Of a stretch of DNA of 64,000 bases, positions 21,501 to 30,624 are shown piece after piece. Under the pieces are notes generated by a model. That model had not been told where the DNA came from and ran no database searches. It saw nothing but the letters and a program-made list of their open reading frames with translations. Numbering within the stretch: position 1 is the first letter of the stretch; each line of letters opens with the position of its first letter. Origin of the DNA: Alkalispirochaeta sp. (lineage in GTDB: Bacteria; Spirochaetota; Spirochaetia; DSM-27196; Alkalispirochaetaceae); contig OZ271854.1 of NCBI GenBank assembly GCA_965601925.1, forward strand, positions 3,328,001 through 3,392,000, written 5' to 3'. Position numbers and translations under genes: made by a program.

Positions 21501-21935
21501 ATGGATCTTTCGACATCTTTGAGCACAACTGAACGAGGCCTGGTGCAAGCTCAGACGGACGCGTTCAATCGAGTCATCGCCCGCGAAGGCGGTGCGAGCC
21601 AGGAACTTGGGCGAGACGACTTCCTCCGGATTCTTCTCACCCAGTTGCAAAACCAAGATCCGACGCAGCCGATGGAGGACAAGGAGTTCATCTCGCAGAT
21701 GGCGCAGTTCTCGTCGTTGGAGCAGATGACCAACGTATCTCAAGGCTTTCAGGAGATGAACGCTCTGTTGAGCACGAACCAAGCGTTGGCCGTGTTGGGA
21801 CGCGTTGTGGAGGTGCGCTCCGGCGAGCAGGTCGTCACCGGCACCGTCTCGAGCGTTACCTCGGGCGCGATGCCGCAAATTTCGATCAACGACCAGACGT
21901 TCGACTATTCCGACCTCGTGCGGGTCATCAATTAA
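21501..21935 (+). CDS. flgD: Flagellar hook capping protein FlgD
   Basis: DDFLRILLTQLQNQDPTQPM..FISQMAQFSSLEQ motif. Confidence 0.97.
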   Translation: MDLSTSLSTTERGLVQAQTDAFNRVIAREGGASQELGRDDFLRILLTQLQNQDPTQPMEDKEFISQMAQFSSLEQMTNVSQGFQEMNALLSTNQALAVLGRVVEVRSGEQVVTGTVSSVTSGAMPQISINDQTFDYSDLVRVIN

Positions 21936-21953
21936 GAAGGGGGTATAGACGAT

Positions 21954-23366
21954 ATGATGCGATCACTGTACTCCGGTGTTTCAGGCCTTCAGAACCATCA
22001 GGTTCGGATGGACGTCATCGGTAACAACATCTCAAACGTCAACACGACCGGCTTCAAGCGGGGCCGCGTGAACTTTCAGGACCTGATTTCGCAGATGCGC
22101 CAAGGTCCGGCGCGACCCAACGAGCGCGTCGGCGGCGTAAACCCGCAGCAGGTCGGATTGGGTATGCAGGTCGCCTCGATCGACACCATTCACTCCCAGG
22201 GGTCGCTCCAGACGACCGGTGTTAAGAGCGACGTTGCGATCCAGGGCGAGGGATTCTTCGTCATGCGCGCCGGGGATGAGGACTTCTACTCTCGCGCCGG
22301 AGCGTTCGGCGTAGACTCGGAAGGATTCTTGGTCAATCCCGCCAACGGTATGCGCGTCCAGGGGTGGAACGCCCGCACCGTAGACGGCGCGACGCTCATC
22401 AACACCTCCGCGACGATCGAGGATTTAATCATTCCCGTCGGGAGCAAAGATCCGGCGCAGCAGACTTCCGAGGTCTTTCTCGCGTCCAACCTGAACAAGA
22501 ACACGCCCCTCGTCCCGGCCGGGGCGACCGAGGCGCAGATTCAGGCCGGTACGTGGACCGTCGAGTACGACATTTACAACTCCTTCGGCGGCACGCATAC
22601 GCTCCGGATCGACTTCACCCGCAACCCGGACGCCGAAAATCAGTGGTTGGCCACCGTCTCGATCGATCCCGAGGCCGATGCACCCCTTCCCCAGACGGTG
22701 ACCGTGGGCGGAATCGATGCGGCGGACGGGCAGACCTTCATCGTAGAGTTTGCCAACGACGGGACGCTCCTTTCAGCGCAGAACCCCGAAGGCGGGCTCT
22801 CGGCCGCCGATATGATCAACGTCCAGATCACCTACGAGGTGCCGGAGACGAGCATTCCCATCGATCCCGACACCGGATTGCCCCAGGACGGGCCGGTGAC
22901 CCAGACCTTCAACCTCAACTTGGGAGAGCAGGGGAGTTTTGTCGACGCGATGACGCAGTACGCGTCGGAGAGCTCGACCAAGGTCTTCAGCCAGAACGGT
23001 TTTCCCATGGGCTATCTGGAGGACTACCGTATCGATTCGAGCGGAATCATCACGGGCATTTTCTCCAACGGTAACAACCGTTCTCTCGGTCAGTTGGCGC
23101 TGGCGACCTTTCGGAATCCGGGAGGGCTCGAAAAAAGCGGCGACACCAATTTCCAGGAGTCGATCAACTCCGGTCTCGCCGACATCGGAACGGTCGGGGT
23201 CGCCGGCAAGGGTACGATCATCGCCGGCGCGTTGGAAATGAGCAACGTCGACCTCGCCGAGCAGTTTACCGATATGATCGTGACCCAGCGGGGCTTCCAG
23301 GCCAACAGTCGGACGATTCAGACCTCCGATCAGATGTTGCAGGAAGTATTAACACTCAAGCGATAA
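21954..23366 (+). CDS. flgE: Flagellar hook protein FlgE
   Basis: GNNISNVNTTGFK and LEMSNVDLAEQFTDMIVTQRGFQAN motifs. Confidence 0.98.
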   Translation: MMRSLYSGVSGLQNHQVRMDVIGNNISNVNTTGFKRGRVNFQDLISQMRQGPARPNERVGGVNPQQVGLGMQVASIDTIHSQGSLQTTGVKSDVAIQGEGFFVMRAGDEDFYSRAGAFGVDSEGFLVNPANGMRVQGWNARTVDGATLINTSATIEDLIIPVGSKDPAQQTSEVFLASNLNKNTPLVPAGATEAQIQAGTWTVEYDIYNSFGGTHTLRIDFTRNPDAENQWLATVSIDPEADAPLPQTVTVGGIDAADGQTFIVEFANDGTLLSAQNPEGGLSAADMINVQITYEVPETSIPIDPDTGLPQDGPVTQTFNLNLGEQGSFVDAMTQYASESSTKVFSQNGFPMGYLEDYRIDSSGIITGIFSNGNNRSLGQLALATFRNPGGLEKSGDTNFQESINSGLADIGTVGVAGKGTIIAGALEMSNVDLAEQFTDMIVTQRGFQANSRTIQTSDQMLQEVLTLKR

Positions 23367-23386
23367 AGGGAGTACCTTAGTCAAGA

Positions 23387-23584
23387 ATGATTCAGGTCAC
23401 GAGACTTGACGGACGGGAGTTTTATATCAATCCGCACCAGATTGAGTACATAGAGCTCAATCCCGATACTACACTAATCATGTTGTCCGGAAAACGGCTG
23501 GTGGTCCGCGAGGACTACCAGTCGGTTCTCGACCGGATCATTGCGTATCGCCGCGAGATCGGCGTGTTCAAGAACGAGGAGTAG
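23387..23584 (+). CDS. flbD: Flagellar FlbD family protein
   Basis: MIQVTRLDG..YINPHQIE..PDT; lies between flgE and motA. Confidence 0.92.
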   Translation: MIQVTRLDGREFYINPHQIEYIELNPDTTLIMLSGKRLVVREDYQSVLDRIIAYRREIGVFKNEE

Positions 23585-23590
23585 GGTCCA

Positions 23591-24376
23591 ATGGATCTGG
23601 GAACGATAATCGGTATTACCGTCGGCGTAGTCATGGTTGCCTTGGGTATCATTCTCGGCGGCGTCGGTATCGGGCCGTATTTAAGTATCGACTCGCTCTT
23701 GATCACGATCCTCGGGTCGTTCGGGGCGATGATGGTCGCCCAGCCCATCGGGCGAATGCTCGGAATCATGAGCTACTTGAAGCACGTCTTCAACACCACC
23801 TCGTGGAACGAGGAGGAGCTCATCAGCCAGTTGGTCGGCTTCTCCGATCGCGCCCGCAAAGAGGGATTGTTGGCGTTGGAGGATAACCTCGACGCGGTTG
23901 AGGACGAGTTTATGCGTAAAGGCATCCAACTCGTCGTCGACGGTACCGATCCCGACATCATCAAGAGCATTCTCTACGCCGATCTCAACCAGCTTCAGAC
24001 GCGCCACGAGGTGGGGATGAAGATCTTCGACGATTGGTCCAAGATAGCCCCCGCGTTCGGCATGATCGGCACGCTCGTCGGTCTTATCGCCATGTTGGGT
24101 AACATCGGCGGCGACTCCGCAGCGATCGGGCGCGGTATGCAGACCGCCCTCGTTACGACGTTGTACGGGTCGTTCTTCGCCAACCTGTTTCTCATACCGT
24201 TTAAGAGCAAACTCGAGGACCGCGACTTGGAAGAGAGCCGCGTGAAGGAGATCGTTATCGAGGGAATTCTCTCGATCCAGAGCGGCGACAACCCGAGAAT
24301 TCTCCTGGAGAAGCTGGTGTCGTTTCTCCCCCCCGACCAGCGACACGCGGTCAGACAGGAGAGTGGCGCCGATTAA
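23591..24376 (+). CDS. motA: Flagellar stator protein MotA/PomA
   Basis: ARKEGLLALE, APAFGMIGTLVGL, ALVTTLYG and GDNPR motifs. Confidence 0.97.
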   Translation: MDLGTIIGITVGVVMVALGIILGGVGIGPYLSIDSLLITILGSFGAMMVAQPIGRMLGIMSYLKHVFNTTSWNEEELISQLVGFSDRARKEGLLALEDNLDAVEDEFMRKGIQLVVDGTDPDIIKSILYADLNQLQTRHEVGMKIFDDWSKIAPAFGMIGTLVGLIAMLGNIGGDSAAIGRGMQTALVTTLYGSFFANLFLIPFKSKLEDRDLEESRVKEIVIEGILSIQSGDNPRILLEKLVSFLPPDQRHAVRQESGAD

Positions 24377-24394
24377 TACGGCGGGAGTACGCGT

Positions 24395-25126
24395 ATGGCC
24401 GATCAGATGAAGTGTAAAAAGTGTCCCCCCGAGGGCGCGCCCGATTACATGCTCACGTACGGCGACATGGTCACGCTGCTTCTCACCTTTTTCGTCATGC
24501 TCCTTACCACTGCGACGATCGACGGATATCAACTTCGTCTTATTCTGGCGGCCTTTCCCGGTCTCGGAAATCTTGAGGGGGGGAACACCCTCGAGGCGGG
24601 CCGTCTCGCGGAACTCGGCAATACGATCGAATCGTTGCCCTCGATGGAGCGCGGCCGCGCTTTGGACGAGGCGCGTCGCAACGCGGTCAGCATCTTCAAT
24701 CCGGAGATTCAGTCACAACAAGTGCGCGTCCAGGAAGACGAACGTGGGCTGGTGATATCCCTCGCCTCGGACTCCTTTTTCGAGCCCGCCAGCGCCGACA
24801 TTCGGATCGAGCAAACCCGTGAGATTCTGCAGAAGCTGGCGACGCTCCTTACCGACCCCGGGCTTGCGGAACGGACGTTTCGGATCGAAGGACATACCGA
24901 CGATATTCCGACCGATCCGGCGGGGCCCTGGCCGTCCAACTGGGATCTGTCGACCGGGCGATCGTTGAGCGTGCTGCGATTTCTCGACGAACTCGGCGTC
25001 AACGACGATCAGTTTCAAGTTATGGGTCTGGGAGATACCCGGCCGCTATTCGATAATGATACCGCCGAGGGACGAGCGTACAATCGGCGCGTAGACGTCA
25101 TAATACTCTCCGACGGGCATCTATGA
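24395..25126 (+). CDS. motB: Flagellar stator protein MotB/PomB
   Basis: TYGDMVTLLLTFF TM with the essential Asp; OmpA-like domain (IEGHTD, NWDLS, NRRVD). Confidence 0.97.
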   Translation: MADQMKCKKCPPEGAPDYMLTYGDMVTLLLTFFVMLLTTATIDGYQLRLILAAFPGLGNLEGGNTLEAGRLAELGNTIESLPSMERGRALDEARRNAVSIFNPEIQSQQVRVQEDERGLVISLASDSFFEPASADIRIEQTREILQKLATLLTDPGLAERTFRIEGHTDDIPTDPAGPWPSNWDLSTGRSLSVLRFLDELGVNDDQFQVMGLGDTRPLFDNDTAEGRAYNRRVDVIILSDGHL

Positions 25127-25156
25127 CGCGCCCGCAACGGTTGAAGGAGGCCTTCT

Positions 25157-25720
25157 ATGTCCGACGAAATCTTTGATACCGAAGAAGAGGGCGGCGGCGA
25201 GGAGCAACAAGCCCAGGCGGGAAAGAAGAAGATCGGCTTTCTTCCCGCCATCGTCATCGACATTCTCAAATGGACCGCCATCGTTATCGGCGGTATCATA
25301 TTTATAGTAGTGGTCGTCGTCATTACCGTGCGTACCATGAACCAAGGAACTCGGGCCACGGCTACGCGGCTCCCGCTTCAGAGCGAATATGAGGAGGGGG
25401 GCGCCGAACTCCTGTCGTGGTTCAGTCAGATCGGCGATATTCGAGGCACTACCGCGGATGCCGTCCGCCAGACCTATATCGTCAATCCGCACATCGGGTA
25501 CGACCCCGATAACGAGGCCGTGTTGCCCGAGCTGATCCAGCGAGAGATTCAGATCAACGAAGCGATCGCGATCTACTTCTCATCGCGCACCGTGGATCAA
25601 CTGGAAGGGGTCGAGAATCGCCAGCGGGTCAAGCGTGAGCTGCGCGAGGAGATCAACCGCATTATGACCAACAACGTCCGCGACGTGGCGTTCGACCGTT
25701 ATGAATTTATAGAATTCTAG
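25157..25720 (+). CDS. fliL: Flagellar basal body-associated protein FliL
   Basis: Acidic N-terminus, one TM, FliL-like C-terminus; lies between motB and fliM. Confidence 0.88.
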   Translation: MSDEIFDTEEEGGGEEQQAQAGKKKIGFLPAIVIDILKWTAIVIGGIIFIVVVVVITVRTMNQGTRATATRLPLQSEYEEGGAELLSWFSQIGDIRGTTADAVRQTYIVNPHIGYDPDNEAVLPELIQREIQINEAIAIYFSSRTVDQLEGVENRQRVKRELREEINRIMTNNVRDVAFDRYEFIEF

Positions 25721-25794
25721 AAAATGCCGTTTTCTGGCTTGCAAAAGGAGCGATTCTGTGCAAAAAATGATACAGGGAGGGGTAGAATAGATAT

Positions 25795-26820
25795 ATGAAC
25801 GAAGTTCTGTCTCAAGATGAGATAGATCAGCTTCTCACGGCCATCTCGTCCGGCGACGTAGAGACGGAGGAGCTTGCCCAGCCGACCGAGTCGCGCAAGA
25901 TCAAGATCTACGACTTCAAGCGCCCGGACAAGTTCTCCAAGGAGCAGATACGCACCGTCTCGATTATGCATGAGACCTTTGCCCGCCTGACCACTACGGC
26001 GCTCAGCGCGCAGCTGCGTAGCTTGGTGCAGGTCCACGTTGCGAGCGTCGATCAGCTCACCTACGAGGAGTTCATTCGTTCCATACCCAACCCCACCACC
26101 CTCGGTGTCATTAACATGGATCCGCTCAAGGGGTCTGCCATTCTCGAAGTCGACCCCGCCATCACCTTCGCCATCATCGACCGCCTCTTCGGCGGCAAGG
26201 GCGAGGGCACCAAGGTCACGCGCGATCTGACCGATATAGAGACTACGGTCATGGAAGGCATCATCGTGCGCATTCTCGGGAACATGCGCGAGGCGTGGTC
26301 GCAAGTGATCGATCTACGCCCGAGACTCGGACAGATCGAGACCAACCCGCAGTTTGCCCAGATCGTACCGCCGTCGGAGATGGTCGTCCTCGTCACGCTG
26401 GAGACGAAGGTCGGTGAGGTCGAAGGGATGATGAACTTCTGTATTCCCTATCTCACGATCGAGCCGATTATCTCCAAGTTGTCGGCCCAATACTGGTACT
26501 CGTCGGTTCGTCGCGGCGCGACTACGGAGAATCTTAATATTCTGCGCGAGCGCCTCTCGACGATCGCCGTGCCCATGATCGTAGAGATCGGTTTGATGGA
26601 TCTTACCGTTAGGGAGGTGTTATCTCTCAACTTGGGCGACGTGATTCGTCTGCCCGAAGCGAACATCAACGACAGCATGGCGCTTCGCGTCGGAGACCGC
26701 AAGAAGTTCTGGTGCAAGCCCGGTCAAATCGGCAACAAGTTGGCGGTGCAGGTCACCGGCAAGATCGAGGAGATCGAGTCCGAAGATTTCGAAGAGCTTT
26801 TGGCGGAAGAAGGAGAGTAG
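25795..26820 (+). CDS. fliM: Flagellar motor switch protein FliM
   Basis: LSQDEIDQLL CheY-binding peptide, YDFKRPDKFSKEQ, C-terminal SpoA domain. Confidence 0.98.
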   Translation: MNEVLSQDEIDQLLTAISSGDVETEELAQPTESRKIKIYDFKRPDKFSKEQIRTVSIMHETFARLTTTALSAQLRSLVQVHVASVDQLTYEEFIRSIPNPTTLGVINMDPLKGSAILEVDPAITFAIIDRLFGGKGEGTKVTRDLTDIETTVMEGIIVRILGNMREAWSQVIDLRPRLGQIETNPQFAQIVPPSEMVVLVTLETKVGEVEGMMNFCIPYLTIEPIISKLSAQYWYSSVRRGATTENLNILRERLSTIAVPMIVEIGLMDLTVREVLSLNLGDVIRLPEANINDSMALRVGDRKKFWCKPGQIGNKLAVQVTGKIEEIESEDFEELLAEEGE

Positions 26821-26823
26821 GGA

Positions 26824-27933
26824 ATGAGTGACGGTTCGCTGTCCCAGGACGAAATTGATGCTCTGTTAGCCGGTACCGGTAATATCGACCTCGGTGACAG
26901 CTCCGCCGGCGGCGGTGGGGCCTCCGCATCCTCTGACTCCTTGTCGGGACTGCAGCAGGCGCTCGCGGAGACGGTTGCACAGCAACAGTCGAACATGGCG
27001 ATGATTACCGGGCGCGAGGTCGAAGTGGCGCCGCCTACGATGGGCGGCGGCGCTCCGAGCGGGCTCTCGGGAGATCTCGTACAGATTACCTACAACCTCG
27101 GTGATGCCGGCGGCCACGCCTATGTGATGACCGCCGCCGACGCGTTGACGTTCGCCTCTGCATCCATGGGGCTCGACGGTGTGGAACTCGACGACGCCGC
27201 GTTCAACGCGGTGCAGGAGGTGTTCTCTCAGGTCGCGGGTCCGGTCATCAATACGCTTAGCGAGAAGACCGGCGCTACGATCATGCCGGAGCCGCCCACC
27301 GCGACCTCCGTCGACCCGGGAAGCTTGTCGCTCCCGAACGATCCGGTATATGCCCGTTATACGGTAACGGTCGGTGACGATTCGGCGGTAATTTACGAAG
27401 TTTTCGAAAGCTCTTTTGCGGCGCGGTTGGCAACGGCGGCGGGCGGCAGAGCGGCACTCGGAGAACCCGCTGCGGCGGCAAGGGGTGGTGCGATACCGCA
27501 AGCCGGCGGCGGGCCGCCGCAACAAGGCGGATGGCAAATGCCGGGAATGGGCGGCATGGAAGGCGGTATGGGAAACATGATGGGTGATGCCGGGCTTCCG
27601 GGTTTCGGTGCGGGGGCCAACGTTCAGTCCGTACAGTTTCCGAATCTCCAGCAACAGGGGGCACTGTCCGAGCAGGGAAATATCGGTCTGCTCATGGACG
27701 TGTATATGGAGATGACCGTCGAACTCGGGCGGACGAAGAAGCTCATTCGCGAGATCCTCGGTATGGGCGAAGGGACGATTATCGAGCTCGATAAGCTCGC
27801 CGGAGAGCCGGTCGATATTTTGGTTAATCATAAGCTCATTGCGAAGGGTGAGGTCGTCGTTATCGACGAGAATTTTGGTGTGCGCGTGACGGAGATCGTC
27901 TCGCCGATGGAACGAGTGAGTGACATGACATAA
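26824..27933 (+). CDS. fliY: Flagellar motor switch protein FliY (CheC-like domain plus FliN domain)
   Basis: LSQDEIDALL, CheC-like middle region, Gly/Met linker, FliN SpoA domain (GEVVVIDENFGVR). Confidence 0.9.
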   Translation: MSDGSLSQDEIDALLAGTGNIDLGDSSAGGGGASASSDSLSGLQQALAETVAQQQSNMAMITGREVEVAPPTMGGGAPSGLSGDLVQITYNLGDAGGHAYVMTAADALTFASASMGLDGVELDDAAFNAVQEVFSQVAGPVINTLSEKTGATIMPEPPTATSVDPGSLSLPNDPVYARYTVTVGDDSAVIYEVFESSFAARLATAAGGRAALGEPAAAARGGAIPQAGGGPPQQGGWQMPGMGGMEGGMGNMMGDAGLPGFGAGANVQSVQFPNLQQQGALSEQGNIGLLMDVYMEMTVELGRTKKLIREILGMGEGTIIELDKLAGEPVDILVNHKLIAKGEVVVIDENFGVRVTEIVSPMERVSDMT

Positions 27934-27943
27934 GCGTAGACGA

Positions 27944-27976
27944 TCCGATATCGGGGCGGCAGACCCGATATCGGGG
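27944..27976. repeat. Duplicated palindrome CCGATATCGG (direct repeat CCGATATCGGGG x2) able to form an 11-bp hairpin
   Basis: Copies at 27945-27956 and 27965-27976 in the fliY-fliO intergenic region; 27945-27955 is complementary to 27964-27974. Confidence 0.7.
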
Positions 27977-28014
27977 ATACACAGGGGAGGGGAACACTGA
28001 AACGATCACGTCTT

Positions 28015-28713
28015 GTGAGCATGGCCATTGCGATGTGCCTGCTCTGTCTATTCACACATACCGGTTTCTCGCAGACGGTCGAGGCGTCGAGTAGTGCGTT
28101 ACCCGCGGAGGCGGAGTCGCGTGAAGCGGCATCACAGTCCTCGGCAGGCGCGCCCGCGGCCTTTCCCGGCGAGGAGAATCTCGTCTTTGCGCCCGATTCC
28201 GACGAAGCGACCCCGTCGGTCGACGACTCCGGAGGACCTGCGGCGTTCGGCATATGGGATCTTCTGCGAATGCTTCTGGTGCTCATCACGGTGCTCGGCG
28301 CGATCTACGGCCTCATTGCGCTTCTGAGACGCCGTATTCCCGCGGGGTCCGACGAGCCCGACTCCCCCATCAAGGTGCTTGTCACGCGGAATCTGGGCGG
28401 CAGCCGCGACCTTCACGCCGTGATGGTGGGAAAAGAGGTGATGCTTCTCGGAGGAAACGAGAGCGGCGTGCAGCTGATCAAGACGATCGACGATCAGGAG
28501 ACGATCGACGAACTCGTCCTGGCCCACTCGTCCGGCACCGCGTCGCAACGTCGAACCTTCGGCTCCGTATTTGCCCAATGGGTCGGTAATCTCACCGTTC
28601 CGGGAAGCGGTCACGGCGAGCGCGGCGCCGCGGCGAGGAGGAGTGAGGAGGAAGTGCGCATCGGCTCGGGCTTCGTGCAGTCCCAGCAACGGCGCGTGAG
28701 GCAGATGAGATGA
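28015..28713 (+). CDS. fliO: Flagellar biosynthetic protein FliO/FliZ
   Basis: Signal-like N-terminus, TM, IKVL..LGGSRDLHAVMVG FliO domain; precedes fliP. Confidence 0.85.
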   Translation: MSMAIAMCLLCLFTHTGFSQTVEASSSALPAEAESREAASQSSAGAPAAFPGEENLVFAPDSDEATPSVDDSGGPAAFGIWDLLRMLLVLITVLGAIYGLIALLRRRIPAGSDEPDSPIKVLVTRNLGGSRDLHAVMVGKEVMLLGGNESGVQLIKTIDDQETIDELVLAHSSGTASQRRTFGSVFAQWVGNLTVPGSGHGERGAAARRSEEEVRIGSGFVQSQQRRVRQMR

Positions 28714-29546
28714 TCACCCGTCGCATCGGGACGGCGTTGATGCTACTCATAATGGCCGCCGGCCTCGCCGGTCCCGTTTTCGGACAGTCCGTCCGTAACC
28801 CTCAGGCCAATACGCTCGGCGATCCGCTCCTCAACCCTGCACAAGGCGAAGAGGGACTCCAAATTCCGTTTGTCGATCTTCAGTTGCGCGGTCCCGACGG
28901 CGGCGAAGAGGTTGCGTTTTCGCTCCAGCTTCTGTTAATGCTGGCGATCCTCAGTCTTGCACCGTCGATTTTCATCATCATGACCAGTTTTCTACGCATC
29001 GCGATCGTCTTGGACTTCGTAAAGCGAGCGCTCTCGCTCCAGCAGGTTCCGCCGACCCAGGTGCTTTTGGGCATCGCGCTGTTTCTGACGCTCTTTTTGA
29101 TGTGGCCCACATTCAACGAGATATATGAAGGGGCGTACGTGCCGCTGCAGAACGGCGAGATCGGAATCGATGAGGCGTATCGTCGCTTCGAGCAGCCGAT
29201 GCGCGTATTTATGTTCCGGCAGATGGAGGCGGATCCGTCGAGCGTGGGATTATTTATGCGCCTTGCGGGTCTCGGGAGGCCGAACACACTTGCCGACGTG
29301 CCGACCTACGTCCTCATTCCCGGATTCATCCTCCACGAGCTCACCGTAGCGTTTAAGATCGGCATTCTGCTCTTTATTCCGTTCATTATCGTCGACATGG
29401 TGGTCGCCTCGACGCTGATGTCCATGGGTATGATCATGCTGCCGCCGATCATGATCTCCCTTCCGTTCAAGTTGATTCTCTTCGTCCTGGTGGACGGATG
29501 GAACATGATCGTGCAACAGCTCGTAGCGAGCTTCGGAGGCTTCTAA
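28710..29546 (+). CDS. fliP: Flagellar export gate protein FliP
   Basis: MTSFLRI, QQVPPTQV and MGMIMLPP..ISLPFK..FVLVDGW motifs. Confidence 0.98.
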   Translation: MITRRIGTALMLLIMAAGLAGPVFGQSVRNPQANTLGDPLLNPAQGEEGLQIPFVDLQLRGPDGGEEVAFSLQLLLMLAILSLAPSIFIIMTSFLRIAIVLDFVKRALSLQQVPPTQVLLGIALFLTLFLMWPTFNEIYEGAYVPLQNGEIGIDEAYRRFEQPMRVFMFRQMEADPSSVGLFMRLAGLGRPNTLADVPTYVLIPGFILHELTVAFKIGILLFIPFIIVDMVVASTLMSMGMIMLPPIMISLPFKLILFVLVDGWNMIVQQLVASFGGF

Positions 29547-29815
29547 TGGACTTGGGTTTCGTCGTTATGATGTTTCGTTCCGGAATCTTCCAGCTTCTGG
29601 TCGTCTCCGCTCCGGCGCTCATTATCGGAATGGTTACGGGGCTGATTATCAGTATTTTTCAGGCGACGACCAGTATTCAGGAACAAACCCTCACCTTCGT
29701 GCCCAAGATCGCGGCAATTCTCATCTCGCTTCTCTTTTTCGGACCGTGGATGATGCAAATGCTCGTGCAGTACACGATCAATCTGATGAATCAGATACCG
29801 CAGATGGTAGGTTAA
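29546..29815 (+). CDS. fliQ: Flagellar export gate protein FliQ
   Basis: FQATTSIQEQTLTFVPK motif; TAATG overlap with fliP. Confidence 0.97.
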   Translation: MDLGFVVMMFRSGIFQLLVVSAPALIIGMVTGLIISIFQATTSIQEQTLTFVPKIAAILISLLFFGPWMMQMLVQYTINLMNQIPQMVG

Positions 29816-29817
29816 CG

Positions 29818-30624
29818 GTGTTAGAGACGATCGCCCGCAACGCACCCGTATTTCTCCTCATTTTCGTACGGGTCTACGCGTTGCTCCGGATCGCGCCCAT
29901 CACCTCCTCGGCGTCGATTCCCGGGATTGCGCGTACGGCAATGGCGTTCTTCACCAGCTTTGCCGTCTATCCCGGCATTGCAACTGCCGGATATGCGGTG
30001 CCGGATACCATTCTCGGCTTCATTCTTTTGGCGGTGGGGGAGATGTTGATCGGTATTCTCACCGCGCTCTTTCTAGTCGTACTCTTCGCCGTCTTCCAAC
30101 TGGCCGGCCAGTTCTTTTCGCTTCAAATGGGGTTCGGTGCATCGCAAGTCTTCGACCCCCTGGCGCAGATCGAGATTCCTCTGGTAGGCCAATTTTTGAA
30201 TATGGTGGCGATGATGGTCTTCGTCTTCTCGAGCGGGTTGCAGCGACTATTTCTTTTCGGCGTCCAGGGATCGTTCGAGGCGATGCGTGCAGTCGATATC
30301 GCCGGCGCACGGGGAGATCTGTTCGCCCTCGTGGGGGCGAGCTTGGGGCAGCTGTTTACCCAGGCGCTCATACTCTCCTTCCCCATTCTCGGAACGTTGT
30401 TTTTGCTACAGGTTACGATGGGGCTCTTCGGCAAAGCCGCTCCCCAGATGAACCTGCTGATGCTCGGATTCCCGGCGGCGATCGGCCTCGCCTTTATCAT
30501 TATTTTGTTGCTTTTGCCCTTTCTGGTAGAGGCGTTCGAGGGAGTCATCGACGGCGCGTTCGATCAGATTCGCTTGGTCTTCTCCGGTACGGCGGGCGCC
30601 GTACCACCGGGAGGCGCCCCGTGA
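29818..30624 (+). CDS. fliR: Flagellar export gate protein FliR
   Basis: AGQFFSLQMGFG..FDP and KAAPQMN..GFP motifs; start GTG 29818. Confidence 0.96.
   Translation: MLETIARNAPVFLLIFVRVYALLRIAPITSSASIPGIARTAMAFFTSFAVYPGIATAGYAVPDTILGFILLAVGEMLIGILTALFLVVLFAVFQLAGQFFSLQMGFGASQVFDPLAQIEIPLVGQFLNMVAMMVFVFSSGLQRLFLFGVQGSFEAMRAVDIAGARGDLFALVGASLGQLFTQALILSFPILGTLFLLQVTMGLFGKAAPQMNLLMLGFPAAIGLAFIIILLLLPFLVEAFEGVIDGAFDQIRLVFSGTAGAVPPGGAP

Noticed and set aside
21928..21956. TCAA-N16-GACGATAT sigma28-like motif before flgE
   Set aside because: The -10 overlaps the start ATG, so transcription would begin inside the gene.
25721..25794. AT-rich fliL-fliM gap with TTGCAA as a possible internal sigma70 promoter
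   Set aside because: No convincing -10 at 16-18 nt spacing; left uncalled.
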